Source: the human T2T-CHM13v2.0 reference genome, Homo sapiens. Taken from it: a stretch of 64,000 bases of DNA. The notes under the pieces are model-generated. The model was not told where the DNA came from. It did not search any database and was given only the letters and a program-made list of their open reading frames with translations. Where the stretch lies: the NCBI GenBank assembly GCA_009914755.4, contig CP086569.2, positions 23,648,001 to 23,712,000 of the forward strand, in the 5' to 3' direction. This document shows, piece by piece, positions 39,991-59,212 of the stretch (the first letter of the stretch is position 1; the number at the start of each line of letters is the position of its first letter). The translations under genes were made by a program, and so were the position numbers.

Positions 39991-42900
39991 CCAGGCCACT
40001 AGTAGATTTTTAGCTTGAAACTCTGAACACTCAGAAACATTTTTTATATAAGATCAGTCTTCAGGTATGTGCAAGACAAGTTACCACTGTCAGTTGCATC
40101 CATCATACAGGCTGGTCCAGGCAGTGGAGGTTCTTCTTCCTGAGAATCTAGATTCAAACTTTTTTTTTCCTTTTTCTTGAATCCTTGGATTAACAGGAGT
40201 TTATCTAAAAAGCCTGATGTGTGTGCACATTGCTGGTATGGTTTTCTAAGTAAATGAGATGGCTTCTTACTTGGTAGGGTTTGTTCCTGTTACAGGTGTG
40301 TTCAGGCTGCTGAGGTGCCCATTCTCAAGATTTTCACTGGACATTCTGGGGTCCCAGTTCAAGTATTTTCCAATGTGAGTCAAGGTGAACCAGAGCCTGA
40401 AATTTTGGTTCAGTGTGGCCAGGCTGAGGCTGCCCTTTTAAAGGGAGAAATGTCAGGTTTGTGTCTTATTTTCCTTGTCATTTTAACATATCTTTTGGAA
40501 TGGAGACCAGAAAAGAATCTGGATATTTGACAGCCCTCCTCCTAGATCTGGTACTATCTATACATGACTCTTAAGTGTCAACGTAGTTTGAGAGATCTCT
40601 CTTCCTGGAATAGCCTGAGTAGCCTAAAGAACAATGATCCTTGATGCTTGGCTCATGTGGTCTTCAGAGGAATTTCAAAAACCATAGAATTTGGAGGGTA
40701 GAGAAAGAGCTGTTACAAGTGATATGTTGCAGATGAAATAACTGGAGGCACGAAGTAAATGGGACCTGCTTGGAATGGTACACACACTGCCTGAGTGCAG
40801 TTGAACAGTCAAGCCAGTTCTCTGATTTGGGCCTACACTCACAATGAAGAGGAATATTTTTCCTCAAGGGAAGCCCAGGGGTTCTGAGGATTATGGGTGC
40901 CAGTGAAGAAAAAATGTGATGCCTCAGCCTAGTGCTTTTGCTGCTCCTGGCTTGTGACTTTGGGGATTCAATTTTCTCATTAGAGACATGGGCAATGGAA
41001 GTCACTCAGTGACTGGCTGCTCACCCAAGTTTTACCAGGCCACTACCCAGTGCGCACCCTGGAGTTCCAGGTACAGCTTGTGGTTCAAAAGGCTGGGGGA
41101 TCTCTTGGGTGAGTTGAGGGCTTTGAGGGGGTTCTCCCACTCAGGGACCACTCATACCTACCCTTGTGTGCCCATCTGACAGCTCAGCATGTCTGCTGTA
41201 TGCCACCCTTACTTTCTGCTCTGGCCAAGCCCATGTCTCCCCGGATTGGCTAGGGGCACTTGCTCACTAAGTCCCAGGTGACCTGTCCGTCCTTCCTCCA
41301 ATGCACATCTTCAGGCAGGTGTCACCCAAATTTCCTCCTAGAGTGTGATCTCTGTGGGTTAGAGCAGCACATTCTGCTACAGCTTATTGACGAGTTACTA
41401 AATCACTGAATTTTCCAAGAAGAATGTGATCCTTGACACTCTTGATCTCCTTCTAGGGGGGCTGCACTTGTGGTTGCCATCCTGATTTCTTTGTGGAAAT
41501 ACCTAGTGGGTGAGGAAGGACTCAAGGACCGGGAACATGACAGAGCACCTAGGCTGACCTACCACGTGGCCCTCTGAGATCACTGCTGGCAGGAGTGTTT
41601 CATGGAGCTCCAGGCCCCTATTCTAAGATGCTTGCCCATAGCCCCTTCCGTGACTTCCAGGAAAGGTCTACTCTTTTAGCAAGCTGCACCCACTGGTCTC
41701 TAGGAGACAAGTATTCATTTACCTTTGTGTAAGTCACCTTCTGCTTCATTTCTATTAAATGTTCTCCTGGAAAAAAATGCCTAAGGAATGCTGGGTCTGT
41801 GCTGGAGCTTCTCTAAGTGCCAAAATCAGTAAGACGGTCTCAAAGATATAATTAATAGCACTTTCTACACAATATCTCAGGTTACTTTTGACCAATAATG
41901 TGTAAAACTAATACTATCCTTTCATTCTTCATATTACTTTATTTAGGTCATCATACAAACATTTCATTTTCTTGAAATTTTTTATGCCAATTATTGTATT
42001 TTCTCTACTTTGTTCTAATTGCTACCATTTTAGATGCAAAATTTTAGTAATATAATATGCTGCATAAAGGCTAATAGGTGATCACAACTTATTTAAACTG
42101 TAATTAGATTTCTTAAGTAAATAATTTCAGAAAACTGAGTTTATATTATTTGTATGAATTATTTTACATCTTATCCTCTATCTTAAGAAAATTTTAGCTG
42201 CATATGCAATTCAAAATTGGCAGATTTTTTAAATAGGCAACTTTAAAACATTTCATTGAATATGTTTGGTAATACAATTCTAAAATATTTTATTTTAGAA
42301 ACCAACACACTTGACAGTTGATATTCATATTATCTATGAAAGTAACATTATGAACATGCTTTTATAGTTTCCCAAAAGAAGAAAAAAGTCTATTCTGGTC
42401 TTCAGTAGTAAAACTTAAAGATTATGGAAATGAGATTAAATTTATTCACTAAAATACTTACAAAAACTGAGATTCATTAACTTGTTCTTTATTATTTACT
42501 ATATGATAATGAACAGATTATAAGATGTTCAGAATTTGCTTCATTATAGAAATAAAGCCAAACATCTCTTTGAAAGAATCATTACAATTAAACAGAAGAA
42601 ACCTATCATTTATATTATTTTAAAAATCACTGGAGGAGCCAAGATGGCCGAATAGGAACAGCTCCGGTCTACAGCTCCCAGGGTGAGTGAAGCAGAAGAT
42701 GGTGATTTCTGCATTTCCATCTGAGGTACCCAGTTCATCTCACTAGGGAGTGCCAGACAGTGGGCGCAGGTCAGTGGGTGCGCGCACCATGTGCAAGCCG
42801 AAGCAGGGCCAGGCATTGCCTCACTTGGGAAGTACAAGGGGTCAGGGAGTTCTCTTTCTGAGTCAAAGAAAGGGGTGATGGACGCACCTGAAAACTCGGG

Positions 42901-43532
42901 TTACTCCCACCAGAATACTGCTCTTTTCTGACCGGCTTAAGAAACGGCACACCACGAGATTATATCCCACACCTGGCTCAGAGGGTCCTATGCCCACGGA
43001 GTCTTGCTGATTGCTAGCACAGCAGTCTGAGATCAAACTGCAAGGTGGCAGCGAGGCTGGAGGAGGGGCGCCCGACATTGCCCAGGCTTGCTTAGGTAAA
43101 CAAAGCAGCAGGGAAGCTCGAACTGGGTGGAGCCCACCACAGCTCAAGGAGGCCTGCCTGCCTCTGTAGGCTCCACCTCTAGGGGCAGGGCACAGACAAA
43201 CAAAAAGACAGCAGTAACCTCTGCAGACTTAAATGTCCCTGTCTGACAGCTTTGAAGAGAGCAGTGGTTCTCCCAGCAAGCAGCTGGAGATCTGAGAAGG
43301 GGCAGACTGCCTCCTCAAGTGGGTCCCTGACCCCTGACCCCTGAGCAGCCTAACTGGGAGGCACCCCCCAGCAGGGGCACACTGACACCTCACACGGCAG
43401 GGTATTCCAACAGAACTGCAGCTGAGGGTCCTGTCTGTTAGAAGGAAAACTAACAAACAGAAAGGACATCCACACCAAAAACCCATCTGTACATCACCAT
43501 CATCAAAGACCAAAAGTAGATAAAACCACAAA

Positions 43533-44549
43533 GATGGGGAAAAAACAGAACAGAAAAACTGGAAACTCTAAAAAGCAGAGCGCCTCTCCTCCTCCAAAGG
43601 AACGCAGTTCCTCACCAGCAACGGAACAAAGCTGGATGGAGAATGACTTTGACGAGCTGAGAGAAGAAGGCTTCAGACGATCAAATTAATCTGAGCTACA
43701 GGAGGACATTCAAACCAAAGGCAAAGAAGTTGAAAACTTGAAAAAAAATTAGGAGAATGTATAACTAGAATAACCAATACAGAGAAGTGCTTAAAGGAGC
43801 TGATGGAGCTGAAAACCAAGGCTCAAGAACTACATGAAGAATGCAGAAGCCTCAGGAGCCGGTGCGATCAACTGAAAGAAAGGGTATCAGCGATGGAAGA
43901 TGAAATGACTGAAATGAAGTGAGAAGGGAAGTTTAGAGAAAAAAGAATAAAAAGAAATGAACAAAGCCTCCAAGAAATATGCGACTATATGAAAAGACCA
44001 AATCTATGTCTGATTGGTGTACCTGAAAGTGACAGGGAGAATGGAACCAAGCTGGAAAACACTCTGCAGGATATTATCCAGGAGAACTTCCCCAATCTAG
44101 CAAGGCAGGCCAATGTTCAGATTCAGGAAATACAGAGAACACCACAAAGATACTCCTCAAGAAGAGCAAGACACATAATTGTCAGATTCACCAAAGTTGA
44201 AACAAAGGAAAAAATGTTAAGGGCAGCCAGAGAGAAAGGTCGGGTTACCCTCAAAGGGAAGCCCATCAGACCAAGAGTGGATCTCTCGGCAGAAACCCTA
44301 CAAGCCAGAAGATAGTGAGGGCCAATATTCAACATTCTTAAAGAAAAGAATTTACAAACCAGAATTTCATATCCAGCCAAACTAAGCTTCATAAGCGAAG
44401 GAGAAATAAAATACTTTACAGACAAGCAAATGCTGAAAGATTTTGTCACCACTAGACCTGCCCTAAAAGAGCTCCTGAAGGAAGCGCTAAACATTCAAAG
44501 GAACAACAAGAACCAGCCACTGGAAAATCATGTCAAAATGTAAAGACCA
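43533..44549 (+). pseudogene. L1 ORF1 (premature stop at codon ~49; later stops)
   Basis: ATGGGGAAAAAACAGAACAGAAAAACTGG... in frame to TAA at 43677-43679. The downstream piece at 43989-44315 encodes MKRPNLCLIGVPESDRENGTKLENTLQDIIQENFPNLARQANVQIQEIQRTPQRYSS... Confidence 0.85.
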
Positions 44550-44606
44550 TCAAGACTAGGAAGAAACTGTATCGACTAACGAGCAAAATAACCAGCTAAC
44601 ATCATA

Positions 44607-48432
<3,826 letters not shown>

Positions 48433-48956
48433 ACAATGAGATCACATGGACACAGGAAGGGGAATATCACAGTCTGGGGACTGTGGTGGGGTGGGGGGAG
48501 GGGGGAGGGATAGCATTGGGAGATATACCTAATGCTAGATGACGAGTTAGTGGGTGCAGTGCACCAGCATGGCATATGTATACATATGTAACTAACCTGC
48601 ACAATGTGCACATGGACCCTAAAACTTAAAGTATAATAAAAAAAAATCACCAATTTATATTAAAAAAAAAAAAACTTACTGGATTTTACTTCTGGCAGAA
48701 GCAGGTTTTCTTAGTACCTGGTGCAATGAAACCAGCCTTCATATGTCACATAATTGCCCAAAATTTACCCTGAACAGAAGGCTGATTCTGCCAGTTTCTA
48801 AGAAGAGCTATGATTCTAAGAGGCCAGGACAGCAGGGCAGAAATAAAATATCCTTTGTTTATAACAAATGTTTGGTATTATTATTCCATATCACACAGTT
48901 TTTCTATCCTCAGAGAAATTAAGTTGAGGATAGGATGTGTCAAGATCTAGAATCAA

Positions 48957-49247
48957 GGCTTGGCGTGGTGGCTGACACGTGTAATCCCAGCAGTTTGGGA
49001 GGCTGAGATGGGCAAATCAGAAGGTCAGGAGATCAACCATTTTGTCTAACAATGGTGAAACCCCGTCTCTACTAAAAACACAAAAAAATTAGCCAGGCAT
49101 GGCAGTGGGCACATGTAGTCCCATCTACTTAGGAGGCTGATGCAGAAGAATCAATTTAACCCAGGAGGTGGAGGTTGTAGTGCACTGAGATCACACCACT
49201 GTACTCCAGTGTGGGTGGCAGAGCAAGACTCCATTAAAAAAAAAAAT
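48957..49247 (+). mobile_element. Alu with ~8-bp TSD AGAATCAA
   Basis: ggcttggcgtggtggctgacacgtgtaatcccagcagtttgggaggctgag...ccagtgtgggtggcagagcaagactccattaaaaaaaaaaa. Flanks: tctAGAATCAA|ggc... and ...aaaaatccAGAATCAAatg. Confidence 0.85.
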
Positions 49248-51194
49248 CCAGAATCAAATGTAAAAAAAATGGCCTAGTAATTTTGTCTAAGACACAATAT
49301 AGAGTTGGGAGATTAAAATCATATTTTGCTAATCTAAAGGGAAAGGGTTTCGGGAATTTTAGGTTTTGATACCTGTGGTGCACAGTATTGACATGTATTA
49401 GCCATTCCAGGTTTGATTAAATAGACATGCCCTCTACCTCACTCAGTAGATGTTTAAAGGTAGAAATGCAATTTAAAAATTTTACAAGATTTTAACTTAG
49501 TTTTTATAGTATGTCCAACTCTATAATTTGTTTCAATTGTGAGAGTCAACTGTGCAGCAGTGGTACAATTTTGTTCACTTCATATGCAGAATTCATGTCA
49601 TACTATAGACATTTTTATTTTCATCTGAGTCTACTGGCTAATTTCAAGAAGAATATTTATTTCTAATTATGTAGCTTCTATTATATAGCTAGTATTATCT
49701 TGTTTACTTCATGTATATGCCAAAAGGACCTCATGACTTAATAAATGTTCAACTATTAATTTGAATAAATTGGCCTAATAAGTTTAATAAACTCAATTAT
49801 ATCAAGTTCATAATGTAAAATGAACAATAAATAAAAATTGGATTAAATAGCATTCTCAAATTGAAATAAAATAAAAAATGTACTAAATAAATAGCATACA
49901 ATAATACACACACCATGAAATTACATGTAAAAATTATTTTGTGAAGATCATTAAATTTTATCAAAGTCACATTCATCATCTCTGAGAAAATTATACAAGG
50001 AATGCTTTATGAAATTAGACTAAAATAAATGTATATATTATGTCTATAGTGAGCAACAAGCAAACAGACAAAAAAAGGAGAATGTGCACAAGATGTTTCT
50101 AAGACAAGAGCAATAACATTTTTGGTAAACGGGATTAATACAAGGCAGAGAAAATAGATTTGCTTTCAAAATCTTTGAAGTTTCCGGTTTGCTGGTAAGT
50201 TATCAAGACATGTAAAATTATGTGTTTTATTCTAATATTTTTCTTTGCTTCTCAAAGTAGGTACACAATCACAAACAAATATGAGTATTCTCTATAGAGC
50301 TGTTACATACAAAGTTTATTTTACAGTGATTTGTCTGTATATTTACATCCATTTAAATAAAAAATAAAGGTATGAATATGTTTAGCAGACCAGAGAAGTC
50401 ATCAGTTAAAAAAAAGAAGTAGGATAAAATTTTGCAAATAGTTGTTCAGAATTCAGAATTAAAGCATATAGGTCTATTATATTCCAAATCTTCATAACAA
50501 CCATCACAATAATCTGTAGTTACAAGAAAAACAAAAATATAAATTGTAGGAACCATATTCTTCAAATTATTTTAAGTTAAAGACCACTGACAAAGGAATC
50601 ATGAGAGATATTATTTCAGTGTAATTCTATAGAATATAGTTACCATCTGTTACCTACAACCATGGGTAAAATGGGATAAGTAACATCAGTGGCAAGATAA
50701 AAATTCAATGTAAAGTAGCATTATTACATTCACAAATATTTTCTTCAATTAAAAAAATTAAGTTTACACATTGCCATTAAAAAGGCATTTTGAAATTCAC
50801 TGTATTTTAATTATCTTAATCTGCAAATGGTAAAGCAATTTCCTTCTAAAATCCAAATTGTTTCTCTTACTATGCAGAATATTATTCTGGTTACTTTTCA
50901 CACTCCTATCATCCTGTCACTTATGATACTGCACTTATGATACCCAACCACTAAGTAGACTTTCCACTTAGAATTTCTTCATGTATCTTAGATTTCAGTT
51001 TTCTTAATCTTCCATATGAAAGTATATAAATCTGTCAATCTAATATAGAAGAACCTCTCTTAAATCTAGTGCAGGGACCATTGACCATGCTCTTTCACAT
51101 AAATTCTAGAAATGAACACACAGCTTCAAATATAAGACTTAAATTCCATCAATAGTTGCTTTTGAAAAAATATTAAATTTTTATTTGTTTGTTA

Positions 51195-51494
51195 TGAGAG
51201 AAAGTTTCACCCTGTTGCCATGCTGGACTGCAGTGTGTGATCTTGGCTCACTGCAACCTCCACTTCCTGCATTCAAGCAATCCTCCTGCCTTAGACTCCT
51301 GAGTACCTGGAACTACAGGTGTGCACCACCATGCTCAAAAGTTTTTTTTGTTTTGTTTTGTTTTTGTTTGTTTTTTGTAGATATGGGGTTTCACCATGTT
51401 GGCCAGAATGGTTTTGATTTCTTGACCTCATGATCTATCCACCTTGACCTCCCCAAATCCTGGGATTACACACATGAGCCTCTGTGCCCAGCTT
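51195..51494 (-). mobile_element. Alu (minus orientation)
   Basis: gagagaaagtttcaccctgttgccatgctggactgcagtgtgtgatcttggctcactgcaacctccacttcctg...tcctgggattacacacatgagcctctgtgcccagc. Confidence 0.85.
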
Positions 51495-51529
51495 AAATTA
51501 TTTTCATATAAAAAAGTAGGTTTCTTTTA

Positions 51530-54190
51530 GAGGAAAGAGACCAACATTGCAGATTAGGAGCAGCTAGACCCTGTAGTTCTCACAGAGAAAAATGCAAGGC
51601 GTGCATAAATACAGCACCTTCAAATGAAATATCCAGGTATTTGCCTTCAGAATAATCAAATAAACAACTTGTGGAGAGTAGAGCAAGGCCGAACAATGGG
51701 CCACCCAGAAAAGACATAGAGCCAAGAGAACCTCCCCATCCAGTAAAGCAGTAAGTGCATGTGTGACCCTGGGAACCTACAATTCTCCCACACATCTTTT
51801 TAATCCTCAGATGGGGAGACTCCCTGAGGAACCTACTTTACCAAGGCCTTTAGTCTAACACATAGAGCTACTTGGAGTCTCAGCATAGCAACTGCACTGG
51901 CGTGTTGCAGAGCCACAGATACTCTGGCTTTCCAGGATTCCCAGAAAAAGTAGCTGCAACGCCAGCAAAGCAGGAGGTTATACCCATATACATACCTATA
52001 GGAAATAGGCAGAATCCAGGGACCTGAGCAGTGACAGTCTGTAGGACCCACTTCCACAGTGCCTCATAGAGTAAGATCTACTGGCTTAGAATTCCAGCCA
52101 ATCATTGGCAGCAGCGCTGTATCTCTCTGAATTGGAGCTACCAGAAACAGGAGTGGACCTCCATCTTTGCTGTTTCAACAACATAGCCATCCCAGCCTTC
52201 AGGCTTTGAAAAGCCTAAGCTGACTGGGGCAGCAAGGATCTATAGCACCGTACAGGTGCTCTAAAATGACACCACCAGTCTGCCTGGTAAAGCACGTCCC
52301 CAAACTCTTCCTCCTCACTGAAAAGAACTTCCCAAACAGGGTGTCCAGCTACCACCACCAGTGTTATTTGATTTGTGGAATTTTGAAACCTCTTCGGGGT
52401 ATAGTTCCTAGAGTGAAGAGTGAGCTGCCACTTTTGCTGTTTTTGTGACTTAGCTGTTCCAGCTTTCTGGCTTTGGAGAATCCAAATAAACAAGGGATGA
52501 AAGTGATACCTCTGCACAGCAGAGCTCTCCTACAAAAATGTGGCTAGACTGCTATCTTAAGTGGGTCCCGAATTATGTTTTCCTCACTGGGTAAGACATT
52601 TGAAGAGGGGTTCCAGCTATCTCCTTCAGGTGCTTTTGGGCTGGAAACAGGTCTATACCTGCCTGGGATGGAGCTTCCAGAGAATGGGGCATACTGCCTT
52701 TGTTGCTGTTTTTCAGCATTCAGTGGGACAGCTTCAGATTCTGTAAAACCTGAGGTGACCAGAAACTGCAGTGGACACAAAACATACTGCAGCAGCCCTT
52801 TAGAAAAGTGGCCATACTGTTACATGAGCACCTGTTCTCACACATTCTCACTGTGCAGACTCTCCAGGTCTCGGCCATTAGCCAATCATTGGCAGGGATA
52901 TTGAGCCTGCAGCAACCTAGCAACTTCCTGGACACAGCCTCTAGGAGTAACTGAAAATATTTCTGCCACTATCTCTGTGTTAGAACTGTCCTTGCTATGC
53001 TTCTCAGACTAATGAAAAATTCAAAACCCAGGTACCTTATTTACACCTCAAACAAGCTGCATTTTACCCAAAGAGTGAGGGCCAGTCCACCCTCCATGGG
53101 TTCCACAAGCTACCTATTGCTCCTCACAAGACAGTAAACACCAAACTTGGCCAAAAGCAGAGATCCTCCATCCTGGGCTGTCTGTAGTAAGGGATTGCTG
53201 ACCTACATCTCTCTGAGATGCAGCCCCTAGAAGCCAAGCAAAGAAGGGGCAGCAAGCCACCTCATGTGGTGTCAAGAGTGTTGGTGCAAGAGCATCTGTA
53301 GTAATATGTTGCCAGTGATGGCCACTTCTCTAGGTTCAACTTTCTCCCATAAGAGGCTTTAGCCCTAGAAAAATTGTTGGACCTAATTTTTGCAGGATGG
53401 TCTTGCAAATCAGAAGAAATTGTTCCAATTGAATACCCCTTGGTCTCCTGGCCTCTTATAGGGACCTATTCTGGCCACAGGTTCTTACAGGGCAGTCTCA
53501 GTTACCCTGGGATCCCATACCATAGCATCGGTACTGGTGGGCCATGCCTGATCCCTGAAGAGCTTCAGCAATACAGCCCCTATGACTCCACCAGTCCACA
53601 TGTTTCTTCCCCATACTGCAGCTTCCCACGAGACCAAAGTAAGCTTATATCCAACCAAAGGGAGCTTCAGAAGTGAAAAAAATTAATATGATCCTATTCA
53701 CATAAGCAAACGCTGAAGAAATCTGTTACCCAAGACCTGTCTTACAAGGGCTTCTGAAGAAAACACTAAATAAAAAAAAACCCTGTAATTAGTCACTTCA
53801 AAAACACACCAAAGTAAATAAACTGCTGACACTCTAAAGCGACCACAAAACAAATGTGCAAAATAGCCAGCTAAAATCGTGGTGGCAGAATCAAATCAAC
53901 ACATATGAATACTAACCATAACTGTAAATGGGCTAAATGCCCCAATTAAAAAACAGTGTGGCAAGTTGAGTAAAGAATCAAGATCTAATGGTATTCTGTA
54001 ATCTAGACACTCATCTCAATTAAGCTAAATATAAAGAAAAAAGAGAAATCTACCAAATAGATGGAAAACAGAAAAAAGGAGGTGATGCAATCCTAGTTTC
54101 TAGCAAAGCAAACTTAAAATCCACGTAGTTTTTTTTTAAGAGAAAGAAGGCATTCCATAATAGTAAAATGCAATAGACAAACCCAACCCA
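51530..54190 (+). mobile_element. Older L1 (L1PB/L1PA-old-like) fragment: 5'UTR-like sequence joined to the ORF1 end and ORF2 start
   Basis: 52.0-53.7 kb resembles older-type L1 5'UTR. 53.88-54.12 kb encodes the ORF2 start (..ILTITVNGLNAPIKKQCGKLSKESRSNGIL..KGGDAILVSSKANLKST). Ends abruptly at ~54190 against the ZNF-like sequence. Confidence 0.5.
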
Positions 54191-54239
54191 AAAGCACTGA
54201 GTATAAAGCGAGTTCTTAGTGATGCTGCAAGATGTTAAG

Positions 54240-55260
<1,021 letters not shown>

Positions 55261-56021
55261 GAAAGAAATTATAACTGCTTTTCTTTCTGTCCCTTGTAGT
55301 AATTCACACTTTGCTAGTCTTTTTTAAATGTAAATGGTTAAGGTCACAGGTTCCATATTTTCTCAGAATCACTTTTTGAAATGAATGTTTTATAATATGT
55401 TCCCACCATATGTCTGCAGTAATATGAAAAGAGCCAGCTGAAAAACAAAAACAAAAGGAACAACAAAATTTCTCCCACATTAGGCTCATGTGAATACATT
55501 TTACAAATATTAGTTACACAAAGCACATTAACAAGGTGACAATAAAATACCACAGGCTGTAATTCCTTTATAGACATGTAAACTTAACACAATTATAATG
55601 AACAAAATTCCTGTGTGAGAAGACTAAGAATCAGTTAAGAATTTATAGCACTTCAAGGGAGCAAAATGTCAAGAACTACATAGAAGTGTAATAAAAGTGT
55701 TTTATATTTACCCACCGCAGCCATTCTTCATCCTATGATGACTTCAAATATAGACTCCCAACTCATGTCTTCCCCCTTCAAAAATAAATAAAATAGTGGC
55801 ACCTGTGTTCAGGCTTCTTGTTTTGTGAGACCTTACTAAAGACTAATTTCTATATTATATGACAGTGTTTAAAGGAAAAGTGGTATTCTTTGACAGTTTG
55901 GGGCTGGTGAGACCAAAGGTAAATGACTGTTACAAAAAAAGACTTCAGTGTCATAGACAGAAAATGGGTATAGCAATTGACTGTAGTCAGAATCTCAATA
56001 GGAAACATAGGGAATGTCCAT

Positions 56022-56295
56022 GAGTGGTGGCCCACACCTGTAATCCCAGCACTTTGGGAGTCTGAGGCAGGCTGTTCACCTGTGGTCAAAAGTTCAACAC
56101 CAGCCGGGTCAACATGGTGAAACCCCATCTCTACTAAAAATACAACAATTACACAGGCATGGTGGCGGGCACCTCTAATCTCAGCTACTCTGGTGACTGA
56201 GCCAGGAGAATCACTGGAAAGTAGGAGTTGATTCTTGCAGTGAGCCAAGACCATGCCATCACATTGCAGCATGGACAACAAGAGTAAAATGTTCA
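56022..56295 (+). mobile_element. Alu (slightly 5'-truncated) followed by an (AAAAT)n tail microsatellite at 56295-56352
   Basis: gagtggtggcccacacctgtaatcccagcactttgggagtctgaggcaggc...cattgcagcatggacaacaagagtaaaatgttcactcaaaataaaataaaataaaataaatataaaataaaataaaatataataaataa. Confidence 0.85.
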
Positions 56296-56699
56296 CTCAA
56301 AATAAAATAAAATAAAATAAATATAAAATAAAATAAAATATAATAAATAATTGGAAATATTTTTTAATGAAAAAACACAAGCCCAGATAAAACTTGTATA
56401 GAACAGAAGTGAGAGACGTCAAGAATCTCTAGCCCAAAAGTTGGTTCATATTTCCCAAGAAAAAATCACTTAATAAGCATTTTCACATGTGGTGATTTAT
56501 TATACAAATTGCAACATAAGACTACAACATATACAAAACATTAAGATAATATGTCTCACTCAAAGATAAAAATAAATATTCAGAAATCAATGATACAAAA
56601 CAGAGATGTAAAACTTACCTAAGAAAATTTCAATTAAAGTCTGCATTTATTTTTGAAAGAAAAAATAAATTGACCTGAGAAATTAACTTACCATCTGAA

Positions 56700-58200
56700 T
56701 GATGCTTAATGAGTTAAATGGAAATAAATAAAACAAAATGAAATAACAAAAATGAAATTAAGAAAACGATAAAAAGCACAAAAAAGTGTAGAAGTACAAA
56801 AAAGTCTCATACGCACTTCAATATTATTTAAAAATATGAGAAAATCAAGAAGCTCAGTAAATTTCAACTAACACAAATAAATTTCTAACAAGACCCCAAA
56901 TAAGCAATGTTTTGAAAGTCACACACAAAAAGAGAATCTGGAATGCAGGAAGAAAAAAGAGTTATGTTATTTATATGCATGCTTCTGTAAGATTACCAGT
57001 AAGTTTATGAACATAAACCTTTCAGGAAAAAAGGAGTAGGATAACATACTTAAAACACCGAAAAAAAAATTATGTTAGAAAATCCTATTCCTCAGAGCCA
57101 AAAAATAGAACTAATACTCAGACAAGGAATCTTCTCAGCAAGGCAATTTTACTTTCTGCAGAAAGGGTGCTGCTCATCAGCAATCCTACCCTGAGAGCAC
57201 AATGAAAAAGAAAGGCAGGAATATTTACCCGTATGCATTGAGTCCTTACTTCTGTGTCCTATCTCCATTAGTTGGAACTAGGCATCACAGTCTAAGCTAA
57301 ACCTGATTGGCTAACAACCTGAAACTTCCCTAAATAGGTAAAGGCAATGGAGAACAAAGAAAAAGGGAAAGTTTTTGCAAAAATACTTAGAGAAGTAATA
57401 AGATTTCCAAATAAGAAAGGGGACATAAGCTGCAACCTGGGACATGCCTGAGCATGTACAGAAGAAATGTTCTGGTGAAAGTACAAGGCCATAGAATGTA
57501 CTTATTCCCTTATGTATAACAGCTACATAGAGTAGGGCTTAACAAAGAGTTATTAGCACAAAACAAGAAGGCTTTGAAGAAATTTTATCTTTAAAAGAAA
57601 ATCTTATTTCTAACATTTAGTATTTTTCTTTAAAAGAAGGGAAACTTGATGAGAAACATTTTACAAAGTCTAAGTGAGAATACAATATCCAGCAAAAGTA
57701 TCCTTCAACAGGAAAAAGAATAAAACTAACTATATTATGACCTGTATCAAGATGTATCGATGTCATGTCTTCAAGAGACTCACTTCAGACCTAATTTAAA
57801 AAAATAGACTGAAAATGGCAGGATAAAAAATACATGCCATGCAAGTGTTAACCAAATCATAAGAGAAAAGGCAACAATTTATTAAGTTGAAAACTGTCAT
57901 ATTTTATGAAGTTTGCTTTAAGTCAAAATTCACAAGAGACAAAGTAGGACATTCAATTATATTAAGAGAGTTCATTCACTGAAATTCCGTGAATATGTGA
58001 GAGTTTTCCCAAACACATAAAACAAACATTGACAGAATTGAAGCAAAAATAGATAGCAATACAATAATGGAAGGATACATTTGTATCCCACTTTCAGTAA
58101 TAAATAAAGACAGAATATCAACAAGGGAACAAAAAGTTTGAATACACTATACAATATATTTACCTAACAAATGTATACCGGTAAAAGAATACACTTTTTT
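56700..58200 (+). mobile_element. Old L1 (L1M-like) fragment covering the ORF1 end and ORF2 endonuclease region; heavily decayed
   Basis: A-rich sequence. Translations include L1-EN-like stretches (...LQETHF.PNLKK.TENG.IKNT.HASVNQ... ; ...NNGRIH.YP.FSNK.RQNINK). Confidence 0.4.
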
Positions 58201-58395
58201 TTTTTTTTTTGCAATAGCTCATAAAACATTTTCCTAGGTGGATTACCTGTGATGCCATGAAAGAAGTCTTAATAGTTTTTTTAATTGAAATTTAGCAGAC
58301 AATTTTTTATAGCACAAATGAAATGAAACTAGAAATCAGTAATGGGAGAAAAGCTGAAAAAATATATGAAAATTAACTGTTAACATAGTTTTACT

Positions 58396-58693
58396 TTTTT
58401 TCTTTCCTTTTTTTTTAGATACAGCCTCACTCTGTCACTAGGAGGAAATACAGTGGCACAATCTCGGCTCACTGTAACCTTAACTTCCACGTACAAGCAA
58501 TTCCCCTGACTCAGCTTCTCCAGTAGCTGGCATTACAGGCATGCCCAACCACACTTAGCTAATTTTGTGCATTTTAGTAGAGATGGGATTTCATCATGTT
58601 GGCCAAAATGGTCTTGATCTCCTGATCTGGCTATGTACCCTCCTCAGCCTTCCAAAGTGCTGGGATTACAGGTATGAGTCACCATGCCTGGCC
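58396..58693 (-). mobile_element. Alu (minus orientation)
   Basis: Poly-T 58396-58418, then agatacagcctcactctgtcactaggaggaaatacagtggcacaatctcggctcactg...gggattacaggtatgagtcaccatgcctggcc. Confidence 0.85.
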
Positions 58694-58709
58694 AGTAACA
58701 CACTTTTGA

Positions 58710-59108
<399 letters not shown>

Positions 59109-59212
59109 CACCAATTTTCAATTTTAAATTAAACTTTCCCAAAAATAGAAATTACAAAACCCACAAATTACATGAAAATCCTGGCAATCTTTAAAAACAA
59201 GAAAAATATTAG

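Noticed and set aside
38560-42620. Possible gene or exon in the unique stretch between the two L1s (ORFs 40315-40530, 40664-41005, 40988-41179)
   Set aside because: No splice-site-bounded exon structure, codon bias or protein similarity was recognisable. Apart from the Alu at 39692-39990 the region reads as unremarkable non-coding DNA. I cannot exclude an ancient repeat (MIR/L2/DNA transposon) without RepeatMasker.
42863-43531. Antisense ORFs in the L1 5'UTR (42863-43147 and 43229-43531), considered as independent genes
   Set aside because: They are internal to the L1 5'UTR. Only the first corresponds to the known ORF0 position and is reported as a note under the L1 finding. Neither is an independent host gene.
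49250-51180. AT-rich 1.9-kb block between an Alu and the next Alu, considered as a possible old L1/LTR fragment
   Set aside because: I could not find a convincing ORF2 or LTR signature by eye, so it is left unannotated.
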